Source: a virus
Taxonomy: Duplodnaviria; Caudoviricetes
Reading direction: 5' to 3' (one strand)
DNA length: 64,000 nucleotides
Virus record (IMG/VR): IMGVR_UViG_3300032227_000993
Translations under genes and position numbers: made by a program
The notes under the pieces: model-generated
What the model was told of the DNA's origin: nothing
Seen by the model: the letters and a program-made list of their open reading frames with translations, nothing else
Database searches by the model: none
Shown: piece after piece, positions 1 to 9,047 of the stretch
Layout of the letters: every line of letters starts with the position of its first letter
Position numbering within the stretch: the first letter of the stretch is position 1

Positions 1-1690
1 CTGTGTAGGTAAAGGTAGGAGTGCTTACCCAGTTAGATAAAATCAAACCAGTAACTGTACCGCTTACATAGTTTGGTCTTACCAAGAAAGTAGCTGTAGT
101 AAAACCAGCAGCAGTAACCGGAGTCCCGGTGACATTTGTTAAAATAATTGTTCCACCAGCTGAGTGGGTGAATACAATAGCACCGGTACTGCTTACTGAA
201 GCACTAACATAAGGAACATTGGCAGCACTGACCGCAGAAATAAAATCTGCTGTGGTAGTTCCAGCCAATGTTACTGTAGTGGTTACTGGAGTTGCTGTAC
301 CAGGTTGTGTTGCTTGGATTGTAAATGAATTGCCGCTGACAAAGGTTTGGGTGGTGTTACTGCCGGTGACCACGGTGGCTCCAGTGGTGTATCTTTCAAG
401 AATCTGGAAACCAGATGTTTGATTTGACTGTGGATTAACACGACCATAGGTTGATCCAGCTGGAATATTTTGTCCGCCGCCTGATGGGTCTGCGTTGTAG
501 TCAGCAGCAAAATCGCCTGTGTAAATTGGGCAAGCCTGCGCAACAAACACACCCAGTGTTGAATTGAATTTCTTTACAACAAGATTAGTGCCAAGATTTA
601 CATTGGTAATTTTTTGCCAGATAGATCCGGTTGGACCTGGAATTGGATCGTATGTATTCCAGCGCGGAACTGTGTAGTTTGGACTTGCCTGATACAGTAC
701 TGTAGCATAACTACCTGGAGTAATACCCAGGGTTGTCAATGGTGTTCCTGAAGTATTAGCAATGGCAATTCCACTATTTGTTGCTGTAGTGTCGCAATAC
801 AAGTTTAATGCGCCATTGATATTGGCAGCATAAACTCCAGGAATAGCCAGTGCGTCCAAGGCATTGACAATACCAGTTACAGTATTATTTGGTGCTGTTG
901 GAACTGTTACTGTGGTACCATTGATTGTAAATGTTTGTCCAGCTGTGATACTGCTTGGAGTTGTTGTGCCTTGAACCGCAGGAAATGATGTGTGCCATTC
1001 GTCGCTACCAACCAACACCCAAGTATTGTACAAATCAGATTGATCTGTAAATGAAGTTTGTGATGCTTGTGGGCCGCCACGCTTGTAGTATGTAGGATTG
1101 TATATACTAGTAGTAACAACCGCATAGTCGCCAATACTGCCATATGATTGCAATGGAACAGTTGACCCAGTTTCTAAGTCAGCAGTATCAGTGATGACCA
1201 ACGGAATTTGATTAGTAAATAAACCAGTAGTTTGGTTCCACTGGAAAATACCCCAGGCTGTGGTTGATGTATCAAGCCAATATGTACCATTGTTTGGAGT
1301 ACCTACTGGACGACTCAAAGTAGCAGTAAGAGCAGCCAAGTCAATATCAGCACGTTGAATGTAGCACTGATTAGTAATGCCCAGGGCAGAATAAGCAGCC
1401 AACAAGCCGTATTCGTTGAGTTCGTAACCGTTGATAGGGGTGCCATTGGTTGTTTGATAAAAGAACGGAACACCAAATGTAGCAGACAAATCACGCTGAC
1501 TTGTCATTAAGTATAGTTTGTTAGCATTAACTGTTAATGTACCTGGAGCAACTCCTAAGCCATCGCCAGAGACTTTGTTAGATGCTGTTGCAAGTAAAAT
1601 GTATGGTACCGAATTGGTAGCGTTAGGCAAGTATTGACTTTGGTCAACTACTGTGACTTGTACTCCAGGGGATACTAATGTTGTGGCCAT
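1..1690 (-). CDS. gp18: Tail sheath protein (partial, runs off the window start); missing from the ORF track
   Basis: ATG at 1690 gives MATTLVSPGVQVTVVDQSQYLPNATNSVPYILLATASNK...YELNEYGLLAAYSALG, a typical T4-like sheath N-terminus. The frame is still open at positions 1-60 (TVTGLILSNWVSTPTFTYT). A TAAATA box lies upstream at 1718-1723. Confidence 0.9.
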   Translation of the reverse strand, partial: MATTLVSPGVQVTVVDQSQYLPNATNSVPYILLATASNKVSGDGLGVAPGTLTVNANKLYLMTSQRDLSATFGVPFFYQTTNGTPINGYELNEYGLLAAYSALGITNQCYIQRADIDLAALTATLSRPVGTPNNGTYWLDTSTTAWGIFQWNQTTGLFTNQIPLVITDTADLETGSTVPLQSYGSIGDYAVVTTSIYNPTYYKRGGPQASQTSFTDQSDLYNTWVLVGSDEWHTSFPAVQGTTTPSSITAGQTFTINGTTVTVPTAPNNTVTGIVNALDALAIPGVYAANINGALNLYCDTTATNSGIAIANTSGTPLTTLGITPGSYATVLYQASPNYTVPRWNTYDPIPGPTGSIWQKITNVNLGTNLVVKKFNSTLGVFVAQACPIYTGDFAADYNADPSGGGQNIPAGSTYGRVNPQSNQTSGFQILERYTTGATVVTGSNTTQTFVSGNSFTIQATQPGTATPVTTTVTLAGTTTADFISAVSAANVPYVSASVSSTGAIVFTHSAGGTIILTNVTGTPVTAAGFTTATFLVRPNYVSGTVTGLILSNWVSTPTFTYT

Positions 1691-1798
1691 TGTAAAATCC
1701 TTTTAATTAATTATTAATATTTAGCCGATAAGGTAAAAAGAAGGCATATTGTGTGCCTATATTTAGGTTCGTGATGCTGCGGCGGAATAAGTAAGGTT

Positions 1799-2143
1799 AT
1801 GAGACCTATATGCCCTGTGTGCAATCAAAAACCCTGTGTGATTGCTTACCATAAAAATGAAAGAACCTACTATCAGAATCGGTGCGGGTCTTGTATCAGA
1901 AAAGGCAAAAAAATCAAGTTGCCCAAGCCACGCTGGGAGCTAGATGGTTACAAGAAAAAACCCACCTGTGACAAGTGTGGCTTCAGAAGCAAGTATTCAG
2001 CACAATTACTTGTGTATCATATTGATGGAAATATGAACAACAGTTCTGTGCGAAATCTTAAAACAATTTGCTTGAACTGTGTGGTGGATATTAAGCGGGC
2101 TGATTTACCGTGGCGGCCTGGAGATCTACAACCAGACGCTTGA
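1799..2143 (+). CDS. Zn-finger/HNH-like protein
   Basis: Four CxxC pairs and a YHIDGNMNN...NLKTICLNC HNH-like motif. TAAGTA box 5 nt upstream of the ATG. Confidence 0.7.
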   Translation: MRPICPVCNQKPCVIAYHKNERTYYQNRCGSCIRKGKKIKLPKPRWELDGYKKKPTCDKCGFRSKYSAQLLVYHIDGNMNNSSVRNLKTICLNCVVDIKRADLPWRPGDLQPDA

Positions 2144-2759
2144 TCTGGCGGTAAAGATTGTCTAGTCCTTCTTCGTTGTTGTCAATGACAGCATCAAACT
2201 CGGTACCAATCCAGGCAGTTTCGCTGGCGTGAATACCGTATGTTTCCAGTTGATTTTTGTTTAGGCGCCACTCTACATTGTTTTTAGGGCCACGATTTAC
2301 TTTTTCAGCACATTGATACCACTCAGGTTCGGGTCCGCGAGTCACACGTATGACAATGCCGCCGGCTGCTTTGATGGCTTTGATTTCGTTGGGGAAACGA
2401 CAGTCGCTGATCACCACATCATCATGGGTTTTGCGTAGTTTGTTTTCCAAGGCTGCAATCCAAATATCATCATGAAAGCTACGACGAGCAACTTCTGTTC
2501 CCCAGACCTGAAGTACGTATCTAGGAGTCAGATACGGCATATCTAGCCGTGTGCTCCACCATGGATCTACTGTTTCGCGCCACTCTCTTGATTCCTTGGT
2601 GCGTCCTTCTAGTAGTTCACGATCCCAGCCGAACACCTGTGCTACTGCGTCTTTGAGAGCATGAGCAAATGATTCTCGTCGAAATTGGTGTATGTTTTGT
2701 AAATAGTCCGCAATGGTATCTTTTCCACTTCCAATTAGGCCACAAATTCCAATGATCAT
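2091..2759 (-). CDS. gp1: Deoxynucleoside monophosphate kinase (T4 gp1-like)
   Basis: IIGICGLIGSGKDT P-loop, plus the R.LLQ.WGTEV.R and VVISDCRFPNE motifs. Confidence 0.9.
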   Translation of the reverse strand: MIIGICGLIGSGKDTIADYLQNIHQFRRESFAHALKDAVAQVFGWDRELLEGRTKESREWRETVDPWWSTRLDMPYLTPRYVLQVWGTEVARRSFHDDIWIAALENKLRKTHDDVVISDCRFPNEIKAIKAAGGIVIRVTRGPEPEWYQCAEKVNRGPKNNVEWRLNKNQLETYGIHASETAWIGTEFDAVIDNNEEGLDNLYRQIKRLVVDLQAATVNQPA

Positions 2760-3280
2760 TTCATACTCTTAATATTAAGGTGTTTGAATGTTAGTTGTAA
2801 CATATCAATTTGACGCCGACAATCTTCCAAGGCATGATGTGACGTAGGGGGCTTGGGTAATTCTGGGTACAGAGAATAAATGGTGCGAGCATCACGAATT
2901 TTGTAATAGCGCCAAGGCAAACTTTTGCCATATGATTTGTAAGCGTGTTCCAGGATGTTCATGTCGTAGGTGGGACCGTTGGCCCAAATGATATCATGTT
3001 GCCAGGCAATTTTGTACAGGCTGTCCAGGGCCTGGTCCAAGGGTATGCGACCTTCTTCCATGAAGGCTTCGTCCATGGCCGCTCCTTGGGTGGCCCACCA
3101 TTCTATGGTATGGTCTTCAATGGCACGGTTCTCTTGGCTTTCCAAGGTGACTCTAGCATAGTACTGCCGGTCTACATAACCTGTACTGAATGGGTCAAAG
3201 CTCTGTGCGGCTATGGTCAGAATGGTAGCGTCAGGGCCAGTGGCAAGGCCTTCGATGTCAATCATTAAATGTGAACTCAT
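2756..3280 (-). CDS. DEDDh 3'-5' exonuclease/exoribonuclease (RNase AS-like)
   Basis: LMIDIEGLA, WANGPTYDMNIL and HHALEDC motifs. Confidence 0.85.
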   Translation of the reverse strand: MSSHLMIDIEGLATGPDATILTIAAQSFDPFSTGYVDRQYYARVTLESQENRAIEDHTIEWWATQGAAMDEAFMEEGRIPLDQALDSLYKIAWQHDIIWANGPTYDMNILEHAYKSYGKSLPWRYYKIRDARTIYSLYPELPKPPTSHHALEDCRRQIDMLQLTFKHLNIKSMK

Positions 3281-3286
3281 GCTGTT

Positions 3287-3315
3287 ATTGTAGCATGATT
3301 TTAGAGAGATTACAA
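3287..3315 (-). promoter_or_regulatory. Sigma70-type promoter with extended -10
   Basis: TTGTAA-17 nt-TACAAT with TG at the extended -10 position; 6 nt to the ATG at 3280. Confidence 0.7.
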
Positions 3316-3331
3316 CAGATTTTTTGCCGTT

Positions 3332-4102
3332 TTAACCAATGACCCAGGTCAATGGCTGGCTGCCATCTACATAATTTTTAAGGTCTTCGATACACTGGGC
3401 CATGAGCTCTTTGGCTTCGGCTTTCATTGCGGCGCCGTTGAGCGTTGTTCCGCCTTGTGGGCCGGCTATAGTAGCAAACTTTTCACGTGCTTCACCAATG
3501 ATCATCTTGCAATTGGCGTACATAAAGGTACGTATCCATTGACGAATTTGGAAATCTGAAAGCAAATTTACTTCAGGTTTCAAGTTGTATGTCCAAAGTA
3601 GTACATTCTCACCGGTACCTTTTGGATCACGGATCAGTTGTAATTTTTTAGTAACAGGATTCCATGTGTAGTTCATGTAGGCACCAAACATACGTCCGGC
3701 CAGCTCAACATACTGACTGTAGAAATCGTAAGTGGCCAGGCCACCACTCACGTTGAAGTTCATCAGGTACACGTTCAGGCTGGCCTGACTGAATGGATCA
3801 AAGTTGCTGGCAAATGGCCCGGTGGAATCACCAAATGTTCTACGGAAAATTTGACGAACACTAATGACTTCTTGTGGCAAGTCGTAAATGTTTACGTTGG
3901 CCACCAGTTCCATGAACGAGTATGATTCCTCATAGGCATTCTGAGCACGTTGGCGATATGTGCCAATTGTAGCACGATAAGCTGATTCGTAGTGGCTAGC
4001 ATCTAGTTCAAGGTCAATAATTTCGTCTGCTAATTGCAGGCGAACGTATTCAATTAAATCTTGTTTAAGTGCCGCTAGAGTTGATTCGTTTTCAAGTGCC
4101 AT
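3332..4102 (-). CDS. gp13: Neck protein / head-tail adaptor
   Basis: IEYVRLQL...IDLELD..HY N-terminus and GPQGGTTLNG.AMKAEA C-terminus; lies next to gp14/gp15-like genes. Confidence 0.85.
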   Translation of the reverse strand: MALENESTLAALKQDLIEYVRLQLADEIIDLELDASHYESAYRATIGTYRQRAQNAYEESYSFMELVANVNIYDLPQEVISVRQIFRRTFGDSTGPFASNFDPFSQASLNVYLMNFNVSGGLATYDFYSQYVELAGRMFGAYMNYTWNPVTKKLQLIRDPKGTGENVLLWTYNLKPEVNLLSDFQIRQWIRTFMYANCKMIIGEAREKFATIAGPQGGTTLNGAAMKAEAKELMAQCIEDLKNYVDGSQPLTWVIG

Positions 4103-4133
4103 TGGTAAGTTTCCTTACCAGTATTTAGCACTT

Positions 4134-5285
4134 TTACCAAGCCTTTAGAATAACCAAATTCTCGTTGCCGCGGCCGTTCCATTTTACTTCAGTGCCTTTG
4201 ATTGCTTCAAACGCTTTGCGAGCCGCTGGTTTTCCTACGGCTGTAATAGTTTTCAGCTGTTCTGCTGGTTTTCTCAAGGTCTTTTGCACTGTTTGTGCGG
4301 CATCAAACGCAATCACAGCAGAACCCTTGATAGTAAATGTGCCCAGGTGCGTGTCTGCTACCACGTGGATAAGTTTGCGCTTGGCGGTGTCGTACAACCA
4401 TGCTTCGCTGGCATTGACTAAACTTGCGGCTGACTGTGACTTGAGTCCTAGGTCAGCAAATTCTCTAAGATATTTAAATTTAGAGGATTGTTTTTCTGGG
4501 CTTACTGCTTTCTTGGCTCTGGGCTTGCGCTCAGTCTTTTTAATGCTGATGTAAGATCCGCAATCAGCTATGACAGTTTCGCAGAATTTTACGCATTGTT
4601 TTAACTGTGCTTTGCTCAGGTGACTGTAGCCTTCAACCAAGTCAGCATCCTTACCTTCTAACACTTCCGTAAATTCAGCCAGGCGTAGGTCCCACACTCG
4701 AGTGATGTTGGGGATCATCTGCGGGCTAATATTCATACCGCGGATCAAGGCAATGGGTTTGAAGTCTGCGCTCATTTTGGCGCCGGCTGTAATAAAATCG
4801 TCAAACATACCTTCAAGTTCACCAGCACACTCTGATGCTTTTTCACGCAGGTGGTCTTGGATGGTTAATTTTGCTACTGCGGCATCGGCGTCTACTTCTG
4901 ATTGTGCCCGTTTCTTTTCTTGCTTGACTCGGAGCATGGCACTAATTTGTTCGTCAATGATGCACTGCTCATGTTCGTTGAGTACTAACCCCAGCAGGGT
5001 CATACGACACACCCAAGCAGGAGTAACACGAATTTGGCTGTCGGGAATGCCACGCATGGTTTTGGCGTCTTTGGCACGTCCGTTGTGATCCAAGTAGTGA
5101 CAAATCATTTCTTTGGCTTCTTTTTTGCCGTAATGATAGTTGTACCACTGGAACGCATTGGCCAGACTCGATAAACGATTAGTATCGTCAGGTTGGGTAT
5201 GCCATTCGGGCTCAAAACCCACATACTTGGTTTCAGCACCCTTGGGGTTTAGTCGTTTGATTGTGTTTTCTTTTTTAGTTGCCAT
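4134..5285 (-). CDS. Hypothetical protein, 383 aa, Lys-rich C-terminal half
   Basis: Long ORF with its own consensus sigma70 promoter; no function recognised. Confidence 0.75.
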   Translation of the reverse strand: MATKKENTIKRLNPKGAETKYVGFEPEWHTQPDDTNRLSSLANAFQWYNYHYGKKEAKEMICHYLDHNGRAKDAKTMRGIPDSQIRVTPAWVCRMTLLGLVLNEHEQCIIDEQISAMLRVKQEKKRAQSEVDADAAVAKLTIQDHLREKASECAGELEGMFDDFITAGAKMSADFKPIALIRGMNISPQMIPNITRVWDLRLAEFTEVLEGKDADLVEGYSHLSKAQLKQCVKFCETVIADCGSYISIKKTERKPRAKKAVSPEKQSSKFKYLREFADLGLKSQSAASLVNASEAWLYDTAKRKLIHVVADTHLGTFTIKGSAVIAFDAAQTVQKTLRKPAEQLKTITAVGKPAARKAFEAIKGTEVKWNGRGNENLVILKAW

Positions 5286-5292
5286 AGCGTGT

Positions 5293-5321
5293 AGTATATG
5301 TTAAATGTGATTAGTTGTCAA
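5293..5321 (-). promoter_or_regulatory. Sigma70-type promoter
   Basis: TTGACA (5316-5321)-17 nt-TATACT (5293-5298); 7 nt to the ATG at 5285. Confidence 0.85.
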
Positions 5322-5569
5322 CCTATTAAGGCGGCAAAGGTAACCATTTGCTCTAAATTGGTCAGCAGGTCTTGGGCCTGTTGTTCCAGCTCTTTGTACT
5401 TGATGGTTGTTTTTTTGATCCGGCGGCATTCTACCGCTTCCTTGCTGATTTCTGTTACTACCCGATCAACCCCAGCCAGCATTTTGCGTAGGTCGCGGTA
5501 GGCTACCTTGCTTTTTACAGTGGCTATCTGTGCTTCCACGGTGTTTATACGCTGTAATATCTCATCCAT
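5318..5569 (-). CDS. Hypothetical coiled-coil protein, 83 aa (start revised to ATG 5569)
   Basis: The track's TTG start at 5605 is the -35 box of a perfect promoter; ATG 5569 lies 7 nt after the -10. Confidence 0.7.
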   Translation of the reverse strand: MDEILQRINTVEAQIATVKSKVAYRDLRKMLAGVDRVVTEISKEAVECRRIKKTTIKYKELEQQAQDLLTNLEQMVTFAALIG

Positions 5570-5576
5570 AACACTA

Positions 5577-5605
5577 ATTATACGGTAAACGGATTTTATT
5601 GTCAA
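5577..5605 (-). promoter_or_regulatory. Perfect consensus sigma70 promoter
   Basis: TTGACA (5600-5605)-17 nt-TATAAT (5577-5582). Confidence 0.9.
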
Positions 5606-5617
5606 CCTTTAGGTAGC

Positions 5618-5623
5618 TAAATA
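5618..5623 (+). promoter_or_regulatory. Late-promoter box TAAATA
   Basis: Truncated T4 late consensus (TATAAATA); 7 nt before the HNH ATG. Confidence 0.75.
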
Positions 5624-5630
5624 CACTACT

Positions 5631-6305
5631 ATGCTGTTTATTGATAACAAATACACTCGTTGGTATTACGATATTGTAAATCGTGCCCAAACACGAGTGT
5701 TTTTAGATAGTTACAGCGAAGCCCATCATATTATTCCCCGCAGCTTAAACGGTAAGGATACCGAAGATAATTTAGTAAAACTTACTGCTCGTGAGCATTT
5801 TATTGCACATTGGCTATTAACTAAAATGGTAAGTTCTAAAAAACATCAATATCAAATGTGGAACGCATTTAGTTGTATGCTGTACCGCGAAAGGCCTGGA
5901 CAAGAACGTTACAAAGTTACCGGCAGAATATTTGAAAATATCAAAACGGCTGGATCTAAAATTAAAAGTATTAGAATGTCTGGTGCTGGAAATCCTATGT
6001 ATGGTCGTAAGGGAGAGTTATGCCCTGCGTTTGGCAGAAAGTGGACAGAAGAACATCGTAAAAATGCCAGTGCATCTCACAAGGGTATTATTAGAACTCA
6101 AGAATCGCGAGCTAAACAAAGTGCTTCGGTTAAAGGTAGGAAAAAAAGCGATTTACACAAAGAAAAAATAAGCGAGGCACTTACTGGAAAAAATAATCCT
6201 ATGTACGGCAAAAAATTAAGTGCTGAAACTATTGCTAAACGAACTACAACCATGAAAAAAAATAAACTTGCTAAGAAATTAGCAAAGGAGAATCAAAATT
6301 CCTAG
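5631..6305 (+). CDS. HNH homing endonuclease with NUMOD3-like C-terminal repeats
   Basis: HHIIPRSLNG.D...NLVKLTAREHFIAHWLL motif, plus NPMYG and H..KISEAL.GK.NPMYGKK motifs. Confidence 0.85.
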   Translation: MLFIDNKYTRWYYDIVNRAQTRVFLDSYSEAHHIIPRSLNGKDTEDNLVKLTAREHFIAHWLLTKMVSSKKHQYQMWNAFSCMLYRERPGQERYKVTGRIFENIKTAGSKIKSIRMSGAGNPMYGRKGELCPAFGRKWTEEHRKNASASHKGIIRTQESRAKQSASVKGRKKSDLHKEKISEALTGKNNPMYGKKLSAETIAKRTTTMKKNKLAKKLAKENQNS

Positions 6306-7653
6306 GCTCTCACTATATCGTCCTAACCGGACCTCAGACTATCAGTATTTAGACAGTATTATTAAAGAACAATATACCGTTGGCGGAGTCGACGTATATG
6401 TTCACAAGTATCTTGGTCCTGTGGTAGATAAATCAGGTACGCCCGGCAATGCCGATGCTACGCTACCGGTGTACAATCAAGAAAATCCTCTATTCATTGA
6501 AGATCTCTTATTGTTAGAAAATCGCGATAGAGCCTACGATCCTGACGTTTATCAGATGCGGATGGTTTATTCGCAACAGGACATTGACTTTGACTTAACA
6601 CAGTTTGGTCTATTCTTAAACAACGATACGCTATTTTTAACGACTCATTATAATTATATGATAGATTGTTTTGGTCGTAAATTAATGTCAGGCGATGTGT
6701 TAGAGTTACCCAACTTAAAAGATTACAATCCGCTGAATAGCAATATTCCTCGAGCCCTGCCTAAATATTATGTGATCCAAGATGCGGCTTTTGCTGCCGA
6801 GGGTTTTAGTCAAACTTGGTTGCCTCACTTGTGGCGTGTCAAAGCCACGCCCATGGTCAATGCTCAAGAGTACAAGCAAATTACCGATGCTCCATTTATG
6901 CCAGAAAATATCTGGGATCCTGGCAATCTTTATCCTCAAGGCGACATTGTCAACAACGGTGGCACTTACTATCAGGCCAAACAACCTGTTCCACCCGGCA
7001 CTCCTATTCTTGATCCCAATTACTGGACCTTGATCACTGAACCCAACAAGGTCTCAGATACTTCATCTACCAAGAACAAAGATCTTGCCATCAATGATGC
7101 CATTGTTGTGCAGGCCAATGTGGATGTTCCGTTGAGCGGATATGACAATGTAAAATTTTACATTTTGCCTACCAACATCGAAGGACAGCCTGCTGGAGTG
7201 GGATTAAATGTCAGCGATGGCAAAGTCACAGTGGATGGAACACAGGGCGGAGACGGCACGTCACCAACTGGATTTGGCTACACCTTGGGTTACCTGACTG
7301 GCACAGACATGGCTCCCAACGGCCTGCCGGTCACTCCTGGAGTTGCCTTTCCAAATAATCCTACAGTAGGAGATTATTCATTGCGTTTAGATTATTTCCC
7401 TAATCGTTTATTCCGTTACAACGGCATTGGTTGGATCAAAATTGAAGACAATGTTCGTACTCCGCTGGATTGGGGTTACCCTAATACCACACAGCGCAGT
7501 AGTTTTGTCAATAATCCCTACACAGTCAACACATCTGACCAGGGAGCTATTCCAAGCCGTCAGAGCCTGAGTGAGTTGCTCAAGCCTTTGGCTGACAACG
7601 GCAATGATGGCGGCAACAAAACACCTAATCCAAGACCACCGGGGGTATTGTAA
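6298..7653 (+). CDS. gp14: Neck/head-closure protein with probable non-canonical ATT start (track gives GTG 6421)
   Basis: The frame reads (I)PRLSLYRPNRTSDYQYLD...VGGVDVYVHKYLGP. AAGGAG Shine-Dalgarno lies 7 nt before ATT 6298. Downstream EDLLLLENRDR.YD.D and DLTQFGLFL.NDT motifs fit this family. Confidence 0.75.
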   Translation: MPRLSLYRPNRTSDYQYLDSIIKEQYTVGGVDVYVHKYLGPVVDKSGTPGNADATLPVYNQENPLFIEDLLLLENRDRAYDPDVYQMRMVYSQQDIDFDLTQFGLFLNNDTLFLTTHYNYMIDCFGRKLMSGDVLELPNLKDYNPLNSNIPRALPKYYVIQDAAFAAEGFSQTWLPHLWRVKATPMVNAQEYKQITDAPFMPENIWDPGNLYPQGDIVNNGGTYYQAKQPVPPGTPILDPNYWTLITEPNKVSDTSSTKNKDLAINDAIVVQANVDVPLSGYDNVKFYILPTNIEGQPAGVGLNVSDGKVTVDGTQGGDGTSPTGFGYTLGYLTGTDMAPNGLPVTPGVAFPNNPTVGDYSLRLDYFPNRLFRYNGIGWIKIEDNVRTPLDWGYPNTTQRSSFVNNPYTVNTSDQGAIPSRQSLSELLKPLADNGNDGGNKTPNPRPPGVL

Positions 7654-9047
7654 TGCAACAATTTTTTTACGACAGTCAAATACGTCGTTACTTAATACAG
7701 TTTACTCGTATGTTTTCAGGATTCAGCGTTGAATACGGCCGTAACGAATCTGGACAAGGTGGCGACACGCTGTATCGTGTGCCGGTTAGATATGGTGATG
7801 CCAGCAGGCAAGCGCAAACTATCATACAAGAAAATAGTGCCAACAATATGCCAGCTACTCCAATGATGAGCTTTTACATAACAGGCCTGGACTTTGATCG
7901 CCCTCGCATGCAGAATCCCACATTTGTAAACACAATCAGTGTTAGACAACGTACCTATGACGAAACCACTGGCACTTACGAAACCACACAGGGCAATGCC
8001 TTTAACATTGATAGATATATGCCGGCTCCTTACAAGTTGAGTATTAACCTGGATATCTGGACCAGCAATACCAATCAAAAAATGCAGTTGTTAGAGCAAA
8101 TTTTGCCCATGTTTAATCCCAGCTTGGAAATCCAAAGCACAGATAACTTTTTAGACTGGACCAGTTTGAGCATGGTCGAATTGGTCAGCACCGGTTGGGA
8201 CAGTCGTACTATTCCCCTGGGCACAGAAGATCCAATCAGTATCAGTACACTTAAATTCACCTTGCCTATCTGGCTGAGCTTGCCAGCCAAAGTTAAAAAA
8301 TTGGGCGTGGTCGAAAAAATTATCGCCAGTATGTTTGATGGCAAGGGTGACATGATCAATGCCATTACCAACAGTGATTTGTTGCTGGGTACAAGACAAA
8401 AGATTACTCCCTATGGTTACCAAGTTGTTTTGATCGATAACAAATTGCAAATTTTAACACAATCAGCCGTGGTTGATGTGCCCAATTATGATTTGCCGGC
8501 GCCAGATCCTGTGGCCAGTAGCAATTTATTATGGACACCGGTGGTCAATATGTATGGTACCTTGCGCCCGGGTATCAGTATGGTGGCCTTGACACAGGAA
8601 GACGAGTCACAAGTGATTGGTACCGTGGCATTTGATCCCACTGATGATAGATTTTTATTGTTTACTGTTGATATCGATACCATACCACCCAACACCTTGG
8701 GTCCAGTCAGTGCTGTTATCAATCCCTTGGCCAGTGGTCCTGACGCTGGATTAGCGCCAGCGGCCGCAGGACAACGCTATTTGTTGACTGAATCCACAGG
8801 CAGCGAAGATGGCTATGCCGAAGCCTGGGCTGGTGTTGATGGCGAACCGTTGATAGCTGTGGCCAATGACATCATTGAATACGATGGTCAACGGTGGCTG
8901 GTTTCTTTTAGTGCTGCGTCAAGTCCTGTAAATACACAATATGTTACAAATATCACAACCGAAATACAGTACAGGTGGACCGGCACAATGTGGGTCAAAT
9001 CATACCAGGGTCTCTATCCAGGTGGCCAATGGGATCTAATCATCTAA
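7653..9047 (+). CDS. gp15: Tail terminator / sheath stabiliser with C-terminal extension
   Basis: FFYDSQIRRYLIQF, VPVRYGD, P.PY.L...LDIWT.N..Q..Q.LEQILP.FNP motifs. Confidence 0.85.
   Translation: MQQFFYDSQIRRYLIQFTRMFSGFSVEYGRNESGQGGDTLYRVPVRYGDASRQAQTIIQENSANNMPATPMMSFYITGLDFDRPRMQNPTFVNTISVRQRTYDETTGTYETTQGNAFNIDRYMPAPYKLSINLDIWTSNTNQKMQLLEQILPMFNPSLEIQSTDNFLDWTSLSMVELVSTGWDSRTIPLGTEDPISISTLKFTLPIWLSLPAKVKKLGVVEKIIASMFDGKGDMINAITNSDLLLGTRQKITPYGYQVVLIDNKLQILTQSAVVDVPNYDLPAPDPVASSNLLWTPVVNMYGTLRPGISMVALTQEDESQVIGTVAFDPTDDRFLLFTVDIDTIPPNTLGPVSAVINPLASGPDAGLAPAAAGQRYLLTESTGSEDGYAEAWAGVDGEPLIAVANDIIEYDGQRWLVSFSAASSPVNTQYVTNITTEIQYRWTGTMWVKSYQGLYPGGQWDLII

Noticed and set aside
5570-5605. ORF-track start at TTG 5605, and similar extended starts at 10158, 11512, 33472, 33762, 35160, 37799, 44672 and 54180
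   Set aside because: These overlap promoter boxes or upstream genes. Downstream ATGs have SDs, stop-start overlaps or promoter-proximal spacing.
5631-6300. Group I intron containing the HNH gene and splicing ATG onto gp14
   Set aside because: The ORF fills the whole interval, leaving no room for a ribozyme core, and there is no terminal G before the gp14 sequence. An SD plus ATT explains the locus more simply.
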